IMG/VR virus record: IMGVR_UViG_3300032006_000004
Strand: one strand, 5' to 3'
Origin: an uncultured virus (IMG/VR IMGVR_UViG_3300032006_000004)
Lineage: Duplodnaviria; Heunggongvirae; Uroviricota; Caudoviricetes
Length of the DNA: 64,000 nucleotides
The translations under genes were made by a program, and so were the position numbers. Of the stretch, positions 10,901-18,390 are shown piece by piece (within the stretch, counting starts at the first letter, position 1; each line of letters starts with the position of its first letter). Below the pieces are notes generated by a model that ran no database searches, had not been told where the DNA came from, and saw nothing but the letters and a program-made list of their open reading frames with translations.

Positions 10901-11585
10901 GCAGAAAAACATTCTGCCTGTCCTTCTTGAATCATTCGGTAAACGACCTCAAGCTTGGGCAAGACTTGTTCAAGTCAAAGGTGAACTTGAACTGACTTCA
11001 GACAAAGAAGGATTAGTTCCTGACTACTTCGGAGAGAACATGGCAATTAGGTTGCCATTTACTGCAGGCGGCAATCGTGTGTATGCCATGCCTGATCTTC
11101 CTTTCAGGGACCTTGCCAGATATCTGAAGTCTCCCACTTCTCCTGCGAGAAGTTTGATTGAAGGTGCTCTTCCTCATTACAAGTTACCTATCGAGTTGTG
11201 GGCTAAGAAGCGTACGTTTGCTGACATACCGTTCACTGGCAGATACCAGCAAGTACCTATAGCTATTGAAAAACTTCCTGGGGCTATGCAGTTGCTTGGT
11301 GCTTTTGGTAAAGCAGAGAAGAATAAAGCTGGTCAGTGGAAGATGCGAGATCAAGACATTTACATTATTGAACAGTTGATGCCTATTCTTGGTCGTGCCC
11401 GTCGTTTAGCTCCTAATGAGGAAGCTAAACAAAAAAGACTTATCACTACTTATCTTTCAACTTTCCTTGGTTTGGGTGTAAGGACAAACACTCCTCAGGA
11501 AAAACGAAACCAACTTATTAAAGATAGGATCAAGTATTCTCAAGATATGAGAGATGTTCGGGACCTTATGGGCAGAAGCGTATAA
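4926..11585 (+). CDS. Large internal virion/DNA-ejection protein (2219 aa)
   Basis: Last structural gene before endolysin; C-terminal FDY..L...E..I.RVIPF.TW motif; homologue 44873..50521. Confidence 0.65.
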   Translation: MALPEKFSHNQDHPQVYTPQQAKKYHYTPQIAKQLTRDAMYKDLGLGADTEVAKTSPLFDPRQFALPSAPTKESNPVFDIPILGPALDLLDTPRAGIVSAIKEFGDIFDDEESFSLGDWWEQTGDNIFMGEVLRDWGVDLPGPLDFALGLTLDIAFDPLTYLLPLGAWARVATKPQMVKHLKDAANAAKYGKVKDAAKATRMEDAAARVAERGIFAAGKDVLEELGLPTAIKFSVPLTGRIGQGIFERPLRNIPGVGQRYAAWANAKRVGQLKPINTEVVDLVDKAGRPLKALDDAAIQTRVLKAVNELDAAKRAGTTKQVAERIVTRAPKTGEQVVRSARTAQRMPIEAPFKLPIGFGVLAVVAGLPGKAMGQAQKSKMVNTLSEGLSTRFHLNQMYRSGDINQIENALWLEGAANRGLIKDNVFRTKHTQELGNIARTAREADIDFDDIFRGANEKMGSEAAGRVNVLLGPVAKGGSQEVQDIVVRLQKWFDEVLRTYNEALPWQDDLPGLLSEMYVTRQIHGKDLDLVYKNAKSVRVQDLEGLSGSPFKNRELVLPDEIKAQAADGYVPAAEQTRIASQYGMTFEEVLDAGLPVQVTTTDGRVLRSHFMGEGFLPYDQGGSVLTQMDTIGTRNLGSDYRKLFTEDANLALSKYLQMMGENIRAQSIVGDLSQAGIIVKANDAGLASRYVGRKVAADIQDAKGAVKKTQRAKQRIEKRVAAAARVISKYAEEPIDELVAAQPRNRKGSGTMRPRTAAAVDELANIEAQMVDVESALTALIEGTADNLTAGARRLLASGDPEQIRIKGQFGPKLQRAVPPEGTAKEQRALRKAQIAEEDIASATEELVKIREDIHQLMKAHGELQIRMSRAGAGTNQEFVAEVQAMGEYLQLYAEDIERIAQNYVANVLELSENVQAARILSELGEGLFGDIQVFKRNPSVALEDKLDAARNTLKETEAGLTPLQTVDVPLGGGSETKAIVNAYKEANPDWASSSSMTIVSSGGQVTLKNVGELQLERFQRFVEDYVAQRSGTAVQSGKPLQKAAQEPSTWSGAKSAGAENWPAQYVDDVNGLIAEELAAGSTVKFSTGPSKAVGVTGGRVRPTDGGLTEFGGESFTISKRSDAEWVVNVDGDEIPITGPRASATTGKNSGEQGLVVWLPRQQRSIYFNPTPKAGTYAQNVKKGSKQQVTASRNVGKKIEDALDQRATNIEKQEQLIAKEQRRVEELRQQFEGTISRNVYEHYRLAQFAGSEAVSPVPAKSVVERVAVRMPAREVPAPPTPKVQRRDRPVNSGGVHRLADGAIEVDGPKGSRVRLTGQQAEQYLADRAARMTARGEPAAQMSPRMEPGGVVERDVFAVNAHTDELWVYADSGVPTPKSWYYGLEEPPVGSGPKAETTLGNVDRPLFQVRPTDESYRLADGTEIRVYEAIEMQPKSTSRFDLVDQVIDEPMSIGLPGGGSIPVPRPDVPVYKRARSADRQFRSRQAKNGWVYLDDFDAVDALEAGTYVPPSPKMPKRTTAGEQKVIEQIFSSEPYREWIKLAQEVRRLQTDLFEAEKFLLSNMNAPQAVIENATQRSVQAVEQILDARITALEDQIRAGVKGKAGAVKNRETVRQLQARKEYLEEQKVKVLQEVDNIREWLAEVVPELRDALQTTKIDEAQLAVVEAGIAWQQQYIRNLSLDLQRTLDDVQAGTVKRMDAALNQKEALKVLRNARERANLSAAYEEYVEDYLITGSTLGKSSERSSRTRQHLKGYQLVGATDETVELFEAAFESMARLRDPIRTKEFMTKYDKVINYWKAQAVATPGFVFRNLLGGTWINNQIAGVPVSYQLRIDIMRRKALKVAAEDGRQGDVAYGARKIAAEGKSTKAGYGLMNVEPAEWDVMADWAETGMGNTGITSMEVNSAINDMGMSWREAGTINPVSRDFYLFAAIGRLNQRAEFTLRGSLAHHVMMNGGSREEALNAVYKYHFDYGNLTALDQKIKRVIPFWTWQKNILPVLLESFGKRPQAWARLVQVKGELELTSDKEGLVPDYFGENMAIRLPFTAGGNRVYAMPDLPFRDLARYLKSPTSPARSLIEGALPHYKLPIELWAKKRTFADIPFTGRYQQVPIAIEKLPGAMQLLGAFGKAEKNKAGQWKMRDQDIYIIEQLMPILGRARRLAPNEEAKQKRLITTYLSTFLGLGVRTNTPQEKRNQLIKDRIKYSQDMRDVRDLMGRSV

Positions 11586-11593
11586 TTGTTGTT

Positions 11594-12385
11594 ATGCGTA
11601 CCATTATTTCGCGACAGGGTTGGGAAGCACGCCCCCCAAAGAAACCTTTCACACAGTTAAAGAAGTGGCGTGTTCAGGGAATAGTTGTTCACCACAGTGG
11701 AGTGAAAGAAGCTCCTAAAGGGATTGCTGCGTTGAAAGCTTTCGAGCGTTTTCACATGGATTCTCGTGGTTGGAACGCTATTGCTTATAACTGGCTGGTT
11801 GACCCTGAAGGGGTCATTTATGCAGGAAGAGGAGCAGGAATTGTTTCAGGCGCTACGAAGGGCTGGAATAGTCGCACTGAGTCGATTTGTTATACGGGTT
11901 GGGGATTTGTCGAAATTCCACAGGCCGCAAGGGACTCGATCCGATGGCTCATAGGTGATATTCAGAGCAGGTATGAGGATAAGTTGTGGGTGAAAGGTCA
12001 TCGTGATCTTGGTAATTCGACGTGTCCTGGGAATTGGTTGTATGACTGGGTGACTTCGGGCATGCCTATGCCCTTGGGTGATCCAAATAAGATTGAATGG
12101 GATGGAATCAAAGCTCACGTTGACAGGCTCAGAGAGAAGGTTTCTCATTCTCCGCTGTCTACTACCAAGAGAAGTCGTGGGGAAGCAGTACGGGCCGCTC
12201 AGGAGCGTCTGAGCGACCTTGGGTTTACGCCTGGACCAGTAGACGGTATCTATGGCAGAAAAAGCGCTAAAGCCGTCAAAGATTTTCAAAAAAGTTTTGA
12301 AGCTTTTCTGAAACCTGACGGCGTTGTTGGCTTACAAACTTGGGATGCTTTGTTCGGTGGTTGGGCCACCGCAGCTTTCATATAG
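11594..12385 (+). CDS. Endolysin: N-acetylmuramoyl-L-alanine amidase (Amidase_2/PGRP) plus peptidoglycan-binding domain
   Basis: VVHHS, RGWNAIAYNWLV, GHRD...TCPG; C-terminal DGIYG..S..AV..FQ...DGVVG..TW. Confidence 0.92.
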   Translation: MRTIISRQGWEARPPKKPFTQLKKWRVQGIVVHHSGVKEAPKGIAALKAFERFHMDSRGWNAIAYNWLVDPEGVIYAGRGAGIVSGATKGWNSRTESICYTGWGFVEIPQAARDSIRWLIGDIQSRYEDKLWVKGHRDLGNSTCPGNWLYDWVTSGMPMPLGDPNKIEWDGIKAHVDRLREKVSHSPLSTTKRSRGEAVRAAQERLSDLGFTPGPVDGIYGRKSAKAVKDFQKSFEAFLKPDGVVGLQTWDALFGGWATAAFI

Positions 12386-12393
12386 GAGGACTC

Positions 12394-12522
12394 ATGTCCG
12401 AGGAAAAACCCGACGAAAAACCTGATACTAACCAAGGGGCCAACACGAAAGAACAGGCTAAGTTCTTACGTGAAACTGGTCTTGGTAACCAGTATCACGG
12501 TGGTCGGCCTTTTGGAAAGTAG
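12394..12522 (+). CDS. Small conserved protein
   Basis: GGAGG RBS; 'A.FLR.T.LGNQ..GGRPFGK' conserved with 51330..51476. Confidence 0.7.
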   Translation: MSEEKPDEKPDTNQGANTKEQAKFLRETGLGNQYHGGRPFGK

Positions 12523-12527
12523 GAAAT

Positions 12528-12719
12528 GTGACTGAAGTTTCTCAGAAGAATTTTGACTGGGCAGACTGGATCGAACGATCTGTTTGGACAGCAGTTGAAG
12601 CAGGTTTGGCTGTGTTCGTTATTACGGATGTGTCAACGTGGCAGGCTGCTGGTGCGGCTGCGGCGGCTGCTGGCATTGCTGCAGTTAAGACTCTCGCAAA
12701 GGCACGTTTGGGGCGTTGA
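12528..12719 (+). CDS. Holin (r1t-like)
   Basis: D..ER.VWT..EA motif, two hydrophobic segments, basic tail; next to endolysin. Confidence 0.75.
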   Translation: MTEVSQKNFDWADWIERSVWTAVEAGLAVFVITDVSTWQAAGAAAAAAGIAAVKTLAKARLGR

Positions 12720-12723
12720 CCTT

Positions 12724-13041
12724 GTGGAAGAGGAATTTGAGGATACTTGGGCCATTTGGATGGCCGAAGAAGGCTTAGAGCTTGAGGATCAAATACATCA
12801 CGAACTCTTAGCTAACCGCCATTTGATGGACATTAATGATGGCACCCATGGAACTTGGGTGGACGGCACCTTAGGTGTGCTCATGGTGTTCGACGATGAC
12901 GAGATCCGAGAATTTCTTGACGCTTGGCAGGATTCACGCAAGGGAAACTTAATGAGTTTGACTTCGATCATGCAATGGTTGGAGCATCTCAGTTCGTTTC
13001 TTCAGGATTGTGTGGATGCTCACGATAACCTGAACGAATAA
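12724..13041 (+). CDS. Acidic hypothetical protein
   Basis: Conserved with 51669..52001 (W..WMAEEGLE, DGTH..WV.G.LGVL). Confidence 0.7.
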   Translation: MEEEFEDTWAIWMAEEGLELEDQIHHELLANRHLMDINDGTHGTWVDGTLGVLMVFDDDEIREFLDAWQDSRKGNLMSLTSIMQWLEHLSSFLQDCVDAHDNLNE

Positions 13042-13636
13042 ACAGGTAGTCCCTCACCACCTCATGCTTGAGTAGCCCTTCTCTTAGTTTCTGAGCGAGT
13101 GAATCTCGCCTACGAGCTAACGTGCTTTTAGGTATATTGAGCACTCGTGACAGGAAGCGTAAGGATAAGCCAACTTCAACAAGACAGTTGTACAACCATT
13201 CTTCGTCTTCACTGAGAGAGTCAAAGACCTCCTGCACAGCAGTGCGGAGGTCTTTGAGTTCTTTGTCTTTTGTTTCCCAATCAGGATGAGGTTCCTCAAA
13301 GGGTTTGGTTTCCATTAAGGCACCCAACTCAGTTTCATGCCATGGAGTAAAAGTTCTACGATTCTGGGGAGCGTGTTCATAAAGAATAGGTGCTCGTAAA
13401 TTTTCTCTTGGAAGCAGATTAGGTGGTGGCTTAAGGGACGGAAGCTTCATTTGCTTCATGGCCTCTATGAACTCAGCCCCACCAACCTCGTCAAAACCTG
13501 TGCCTGCTTTTCTTACGACACCTGTGGTTTTTCTGCGTTCGTTACCAATCCGTCGTCGTCTACCTTCGTCATACGAATATTCTAATTCGTCTTCTTCAAA
13601 AGGATTGTCGTCTTCCCCCTCATCGGGGTCATGCAT
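12989..13636 (-). CDS. Sigma-70 region-4-like HTH protein
   Basis: VFDSLSEDEEWLY...GLSLRFLSRVLNIPKSTLARRRD; no recognisable region 2. Confidence 0.7.
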   Translation of the reverse strand: MHDPDEGEDDNPFEEDELEYSYDEGRRRRIGNERRKTTGVVRKAGTGFDEVGGAEFIEAMKQMKLPSLKPPPNLLPRENLRAPILYEHAPQNRRTFTPWHETELGALMETKPFEEPHPDWETKDKELKDLRTAVQEVFDSLSEDEEWLYNCLVEVGLSLRFLSRVLNIPKSTLARRRDSLAQKLREGLLKHEVVRDYLFIRSGYREHPHNPEETN

Positions 13637-14078
13637 CGTTCCAAGGCAGAAGCTTGGAACTCACACTGAAGTACGCTTTGCCTTCAGGGAACTTCCCTAA
13701 AGGTGCGTCTTCTTTGTTGATAATGTTTACCATGTCTCGATACTTCAGTTCCGCAAAGTTTTCTCTGGTTGAGGACCAGATCCAAAACCATACATCTATT
13801 TCAGATGCATCCCACCACTGTAACGCAGCGATCTTCTCAAGTTTAATCTTTAACGGAGTTTTACCCATACCCATAACTTCGACAAGGCGAACAGGGTTGC
13901 CTTGTAAATAGTCTGGGGTGTATCGAATGTGATGAGGAAGTCGATGCACTTGGAAGTCAGGACGGTTTAAACCGTACCTGACCCAAGCTGTGTTGTTCTT
14001 CTCGAAATGGCTTTCAGCTTCATCACCCATCTGCGTGTAACGCTGTTGGTATGAGCCTTGATGAAAGGGCTGGTTCAT
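13629..14078 (-). CDS. PD-(D/E)xK-fold nuclease-like protein
   Basis: YTPDY...LVEVMG motif. Confidence 0.55.
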   Translation of the reverse strand: MNQPFHQGSYQQRYTQMGDEAESHFEKNNTAWVRYGLNRPDFQVHRLPHHIRYTPDYLQGNPVRLVEVMGMGKTPLKIKLEKIAALQWWDASEIDVWFWIWSSTRENFAELKYRDMVNIINKEDAPLGKFPEGKAYFSVSSKLLPWNDA

Positions 14079-14419
14079 TTCTTTTCCCCGATGATTCGAT
14101 AAATTTGTAAGTCGTCTTCATAAGCCACACCGTTAAGTGCGTCCTCAACAGCTTTCAAATAGTTTGTTGCGTCGCCACGCAACGGACATTTCTCTGCCTC
14201 AAAGGATGTAATCGTTACAACTGTCTCTGTTGCAGTTAATAAGCAGTGCAGTTCAACTGGCCCTTCAAACTTTGGGCCTTTGTAAAGACTCTTTATGTGT
14301 TCTTCTCTTTCCCTAGTGTTCTTAGGTGTATAGGTTCGACCGCTCTTGGTGAAGCGAGGTCGGCCTTTCACTTTGGGTTTCCCAGGAATTGTGAAGGTGT
14401 AAGAGTCAGGTCGTTTCAT
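14075..14419 (-). CDS. rusA: RusA-family Holliday junction resolvase
   Basis: PKVKGRPRF...YTP; D..NYLKAV.DALNGVAY.DD.QI. Confidence 0.9.
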   Translation of the reverse strand: MKRPDSYTFTIPGKPKVKGRPRFTKSGRTYTPKNTREREEHIKSLYKGPKFEGPVELHCLLTATETVVTITSFEAEKCPLRGDATNYLKAVEDALNGVAYEDDLQIYRIIGEKK

Positions 14420-15320
14420 CAGCAGCTTTCTGCACTAGGTTCCGTATCTGAGCTTCTTGATCGTTGCGTTCAGAGAACTTGCCAAGTCTCTGATCTAGTC
14501 GTCGCACCCAATCCACGGTAGCGTCAAATGAATATCCTTGCCACAACAGACTGGAAGCAAAGGCATACATCGTTGCTGATCTGTCTTGTGTGTTGAGGTC
14601 TTCCCATATCTTCTTGGCTGTGCCTTTGAAGCCGTCCTTCGGGGAGAAGTCTTTGGAAGGTTGTTTCAGTTTGGGTTTAGTTGCTTCGTATAGAGGAAGG
14701 AGGGATCTGATTAGCGAGACAGGTGTTCTCTTCTCCCATGCTTGTTCGATGAACTTTGAAACATCCAGCATCCCTTCCCCGTCAGGGTCGAAGACTTCGT
14801 GTCTTCCTTTGTTCCGTTTATCTGGGTAGGGAAGCCGTAAACAGTTACCTATTCTGTTTGGTTCGAGTGAAACCTGTTTGGGGTAAACCTCACGAGTAGG
14901 AACTTGAACTATTCTGCAAGCCCCGATCATGGCGTTGCGCCCTATCGAAGCTGAGATTGGTTCTCTTAGGTATACCCATACGTGGTATCCCTTGCTCTTC
15001 GATGTTTCTTTCCATGCTTGAATGCCCTTGGCTTCCAGCAGGCGAATGAGATTGTCAGCGTGGACGCTGGAAGTTTCTCCTTCGTCTAGGTCTACTGCCA
15101 GCCAGTCCACCAGCCACACTCCGCTTTTCTTCCAAAGTGGGTAAACCCCGAGGGCTGGCCCTTCCCCTGTTAGGTGTTGAGAGATGTGTTCTTCTGTAAC
15201 TGGTGCGTAGTCGCCGCTCTCCTCTAGGAGAGGGGTAACCCCGTTAGATACATTAGCGAGGTGCCCCCCTCCATGAAGAGTGGCGAATCTTTTCTGGTTT
15301 GTTTTAGTTATTCGACCCAT
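14406..15320 (-). CDS. Archaeo-eukaryotic-type (AEP) primase
   Basis: LGVYP, AVDLD, SKSKGYHVW, EVYPKQ, GNCLRLPY motifs. Confidence 0.8.
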   Translation of the reverse strand: MGRITKTNQKRFATLHGGGHLANVSNGVTPLLEESGDYAPVTEEHISQHLTGEGPALGVYPLWKKSGVWLVDWLAVDLDEGETSSVHADNLIRLLEAKGIQAWKETSKSKGYHVWVYLREPISASIGRNAMIGACRIVQVPTREVYPKQVSLEPNRIGNCLRLPYPDKRNKGRHEVFDPDGEGMLDVSKFIEQAWEKRTPVSLIRSLLPLYEATKPKLKQPSKDFSPKDGFKGTAKKIWEDLNTQDRSATMYAFASSLLWQGYSFDATVDWVRRLDQRLGKFSERNDQEAQIRNLVQKAADETT

Positions 15321-16285
15321 CTGTCATCACCTGGAATGTCACTCTCGTAATATTCTCGGACCAGTCCGCATTGGGGGTCCATGAAATAGTCGATGGGTGG
15401 GTTGGTTACATGGCATGGCGGCCTCTTGTTTTTGCAGAGATCTAACGACACTGATACGGAATGAATCCGTCGTTCAACGTCAGATAGTTTCGGATTGTCT
15501 CGTTGACGGAACACATTCAACTGCAGAATTGCGTATTCATCTGCGTTGAATTTGCCGTCGTCCATTCCTCTTGACTGACCCCGAGTGGAACCTTTGCCTG
15601 ACTGATGGATAAGCCCCACTGGAAGATTCTCTGTTTCAGCCCATTCCTTTAACCCTTTAAGAACAGTAGATACTCCTTCGTATCCTGCTGCGCCTGGAAG
15701 TTGTTCAAGGAAATCGACCATGACGAATCTGGGTTTAGCTTGCCAGTAGTCCTCGCATTCACGCATCGCTTCTGACATGTCAGAGAACGATAAAGCGTTT
15801 GGGAATATCTTAATCCTGTTTAAGAACCCATCTTTGGCTTCTCGGATCTCGTTGAGGACAACTTCGTCTTCTGTGCGTAAGGCTTCCTCTACTTCAGCTA
15901 AGTTCCGCTGATATAGCAGGGCATACAACTTAGAGACAACAAGAATTTCTGGTTCATCTGGCGTGTAGATGACACCATGAAAGTCTGGGTCTTCTAAGAG
16001 GTTGCGTGCCATGGACGAGAGGATGACTGCGGACTTGCCGCTGTGTGCTCTGCCTGTGACAACGAGTACGTCGCTAGGCCAAACGCCTCGCATCTTCTGG
16101 TCTATGTCGTTAAGACCTAGATAGAAGCAGTCGTGGCTTCCTTTGGCGTATTCGACCCACCGCTCTACGGCGTCAGAGGTTGGTCTAAAAAATTTGTATT
16201 GGCTCTCTCCCTCGGGGAGATCGTGCCCTTCAAGAAGGGCGTCGATCTCCTCCGTGGTGAGGGCGACTGCTCCGCCCTCCTCCAT
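15308..16285 (-). CDS. DnaB-like (SF4) helicase
   Basis: Walker A GRAHSGKS, Walker B VMVDFLE, LIHQ, KNK. Confidence 0.85.
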   Translation of the reverse strand: MEEGGAVALTTEEIDALLEGHDLPEGESQYKFFRPTSDAVERWVEYAKGSHDCFYLGLNDIDQKMRGVWPSDVLVVTGRAHSGKSAVILSSMARNLLEDPDFHGVIYTPDEPEILVVSKLYALLYQRNLAEVEEALRTEDEVVLNEIREAKDGFLNRIKIFPNALSFSDMSEAMRECEDYWQAKPRFVMVDFLEQLPGAAGYEGVSTVLKGLKEWAETENLPVGLIHQSGKGSTRGQSRGMDDGKFNADEYAILQLNVFRQRDNPKLSDVERRIHSVSVSLDLCKNKRPPCHVTNPPIDYFMDPQCGLVREYYESDIPGDDRWVE

Positions 16286-17043
16286 TAGTTGCCCTTATAG
16301 GCGAACTCTTGGAGTTCTTCTCGTCGGGCGAGCCAGTCCCATTCGATGGCATCGTCTTGGGTTTGTCCAGAAGCTTGGTCCCAGACTTTGAGGGGGACAT
16401 TGCTGTCTCCATCATTTACCCAGATGCCTACGTCACGGGCAACTTGCATTCCCAGACGGGCGAGTGCATCTTTAGACACTGAGAAGTTCGGAAAGTTCTT
16501 CCCTGTCTTCGTTACGTCTGTAGTGCCATCTGCTTTTTCTTTCACTTCGTACACCTTGATTGTGCCGCCGTTCTCGTCGGCCCATTCGTTAGGTTGAAAT
16601 GCCAGAAGGTTGAACGCTGTCTGGTTTTGTTCAGCGTTCTTACCCAAGCAGAAGTCAACTCGCTTGTATACACGCCCAGTCACCCTGCCTCCTGCTGGAG
16701 CAGCTTGCGCTGGTGCAGGAGCGGCAGCTACTGATGTGGCTGTCGGGCCACTCGGAGCGGCCTGCGTGGGGGCGCTTGCTTGACTATCTGAAGACCTGGA
16801 AACGCCGCTTTTCAGGCGACGCATCACAACCCCATCGGGAGACAGATCTATTTCCTGTCCCGATTGGCGAAGGACTTCCGTCTTCACAGTTTCAAACAAG
16901 GCGGTGGCTTCGGCAAGAATGCCTTCGTCACCCATGGACTCAGGGACGCTGCGCTCTATGGAGAGCGTATAGTCCGCTGTTTCATATGGTGCTTCACTTA
17001 CTTTTTGGGTGAAGCTGACTGTTAGCTTTGCTGTATCAGTCAT
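16285..17043 (-). CDS. Replication-module protein (possible SSB/recombination factor) with Ala/Pro linker
   Basis: Between exonuclease and helicase; conserved with 55082..55801. Confidence 0.5.
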   Translation of the reverse strand: MTDTAKLTVSFTQKVSEAPYETADYTLSIERSVPESMGDEGILAEATALFETVKTEVLRQSGQEIDLSPDGVVMRRLKSGVSRSSDSQASAPTQAAPSGPTATSVAAAPAPAQAAPAGGRVTGRVYKRVDFCLGKNAEQNQTAFNLLAFQPNEWADENGGTIKVYEVKEKADGTTDVTKTGKNFPNFSVSKDALARLGMQVARDVGIWVNDGDSNVPLKVWDQASGQTQDDAIEWDWLARREELQEFAYKGN

Positions 17044-17061
17044 ATTTTCCTTTCTCCCTGA

Positions 17062-17829
17062 TTACCAAGGATTCTCTCCGAGGTGTTCGCCTCGGCATTT
17101 GCCTGCCTGCCAGACAGGACACCATTTAGGGGAGCAGTGCCAGCCTCCCCAGTTCATAGGCCATGGTGTTTGGTTCGACATAATCGTCGGCACCATTGAC
17201 CAACACAATTCCGTAAATGCCATCTTATCCTTATCGGTACGCACAATAGGGATCATTTGCACTTTGCCATTTACCAGTACACATAACACGAAGTCTTCTG
17301 TGTCAAACGCCAAACAGTAAGCGTGACTTTGTATGTCCCAACGCTTCTTCTCCCAAGGTTCGTATTCTCGGTTGGGATTCTTCCAATCCCATATGGCTCC
17401 AGAAGCGTCAATCCAGTCAGCGGTACCAGTCAGTATCAAGTTCACGTTGTTTCTTACCCCTAGGGATAACTCAAACGATTTCTCTATGCCAACAGGATTG
17501 AGGTCTGGCATCACTTCTCTGTGCCACACTTCGACGTTCGCTAAAGCAACGTCTACGATTTTCTCGTAGCTGTGTCGCCAGACTTCTATCTTCGGTGCTT
17601 CTTCAGCTATATATGTTTCAGCAATGTCTAATAGTTCATCGACAGTTGGCAACGTGTCTTCGTTCATCATGTGTTCGCCATAGGTTTCTATGGCGTGATG
17701 AACTGCGTTGCCCCTCAGTAGATCTGAGGTTTCTTTTTGGCTTACAAGTTTGAATCGCTCTTGTCTTGCTTGCTCAGGGCATCGCAAGAAGGTGTTGATC
17801 CAACTTTGTCTTAATCTAATTTCAATCAT
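17062..17829 (-). CDS. Cas4/RecB-like PD-(D/E)xK exonuclease with 4-Cys cluster
   Basis: RCP, GNAVH, GTAD, WDWK, QSHAY, C..KWC......C. Confidence 0.85.
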   Translation of the reverse strand: MIEIRLRQSWINTFLRCPEQARQERFKLVSQKETSDLLRGNAVHHAIETYGEHMMNEDTLPTVDELLDIAETYIAEEAPKIEVWRHSYEKIVDVALANVEVWHREVMPDLNPVGIEKSFELSLGVRNNVNLILTGTADWIDASGAIWDWKNPNREYEPWEKKRWDIQSHAYCLAFDTEDFVLCVLVNGKVQMIPIVRTDKDKMAFTELCWSMVPTIMSNQTPWPMNWGGWHCSPKWCPVWQAGKCRGEHLGENPW

Positions 17830-17962
17830 ATTTCTCCCATCTCCCTTTTACCCCTAATGTGGGTGCCCAGCAGGGAGAGGAACTGGGCACCCACAAGATT
17901 AAATGGGGGGTGACCCTTTGGGGGGTCACCCCCCATTATAAGACTTACAAGGTGCACGTCAA
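17827..17962 (-). promoter_or_regulatory. Promoter (TTGACG-N16-TATAAT) followed by two hairpins; second loop complementary to the SD of the exonuclease gene
   Basis: Stems 17902-17937 and 17858-17895; equivalent architecture at 57080-57220. Confidence 0.65.
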
Positions 17963-18390
17963 GCTTTCGCATTTTCTAAATACACGGCTGCGTTAAGAAG
18001 ACGGTCTGTTTCTTCTCTCATCCAACCGATACCACGGTTACAGGTATTGCAAAGTAGCCCTCTTACTTTTCCAGTGAGATGGCAATGATCCACTACTAGC
18101 AGTTCAGAAGTGGGATGCTCGCTGTCAGCAGACTGACAGATAGCACACTTACCTTCCTGTTCCTTAAACATGCGGTCATAGTCTTGGGGAGTTATCCCGT
18201 ATCGGTGCAAAGTTTTCTTTCTGCGCCATTCAGGTCCCCGTTTGCGTTCGTAGTCACGCATGGCTTGATTGTGGCAGGTACGACAGCGTGAACGTACGCC
18301 GAGTTTGCCTGTTGATTGTTTATGGAAATTGGTGAGTGGCTGAGGGTTCTCCTCAGGACACTCTTCGTTGTAACAAGTTTTAGTATTCAT
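17959..18390 (-). CDS. Endonuclease VII-type HNH nuclease (homing-endonuclease-like)
   Basis: YGIT..DY..M...Q.GKCAIC...LVVDHCH.TGKVRGLLC..CN.G.G. Confidence 0.9.
   Translation of the reverse strand: MNTKTCYNEECPEENPQPLTNFHKQSTGKLGVRSRCRTCHNQAMRDYERKRGPEWRRKKTLHRYGITPQDYDRMFKEQEGKCAICQSADSEHPTSELLVVDHCHLTGKVRGLLCNTCNRGIGWMREETDRLLNAAVYLENAKA

Noticed and set aside
16713..17012. + strand ORF sharing WKRRFSG with 55435..55677 as the explanation for local nucleotide conservation
   Set aside because: Similarity is limited to the identical nucleotide block; substitutions are synonymous in the - strand +1 frame, not in this frame
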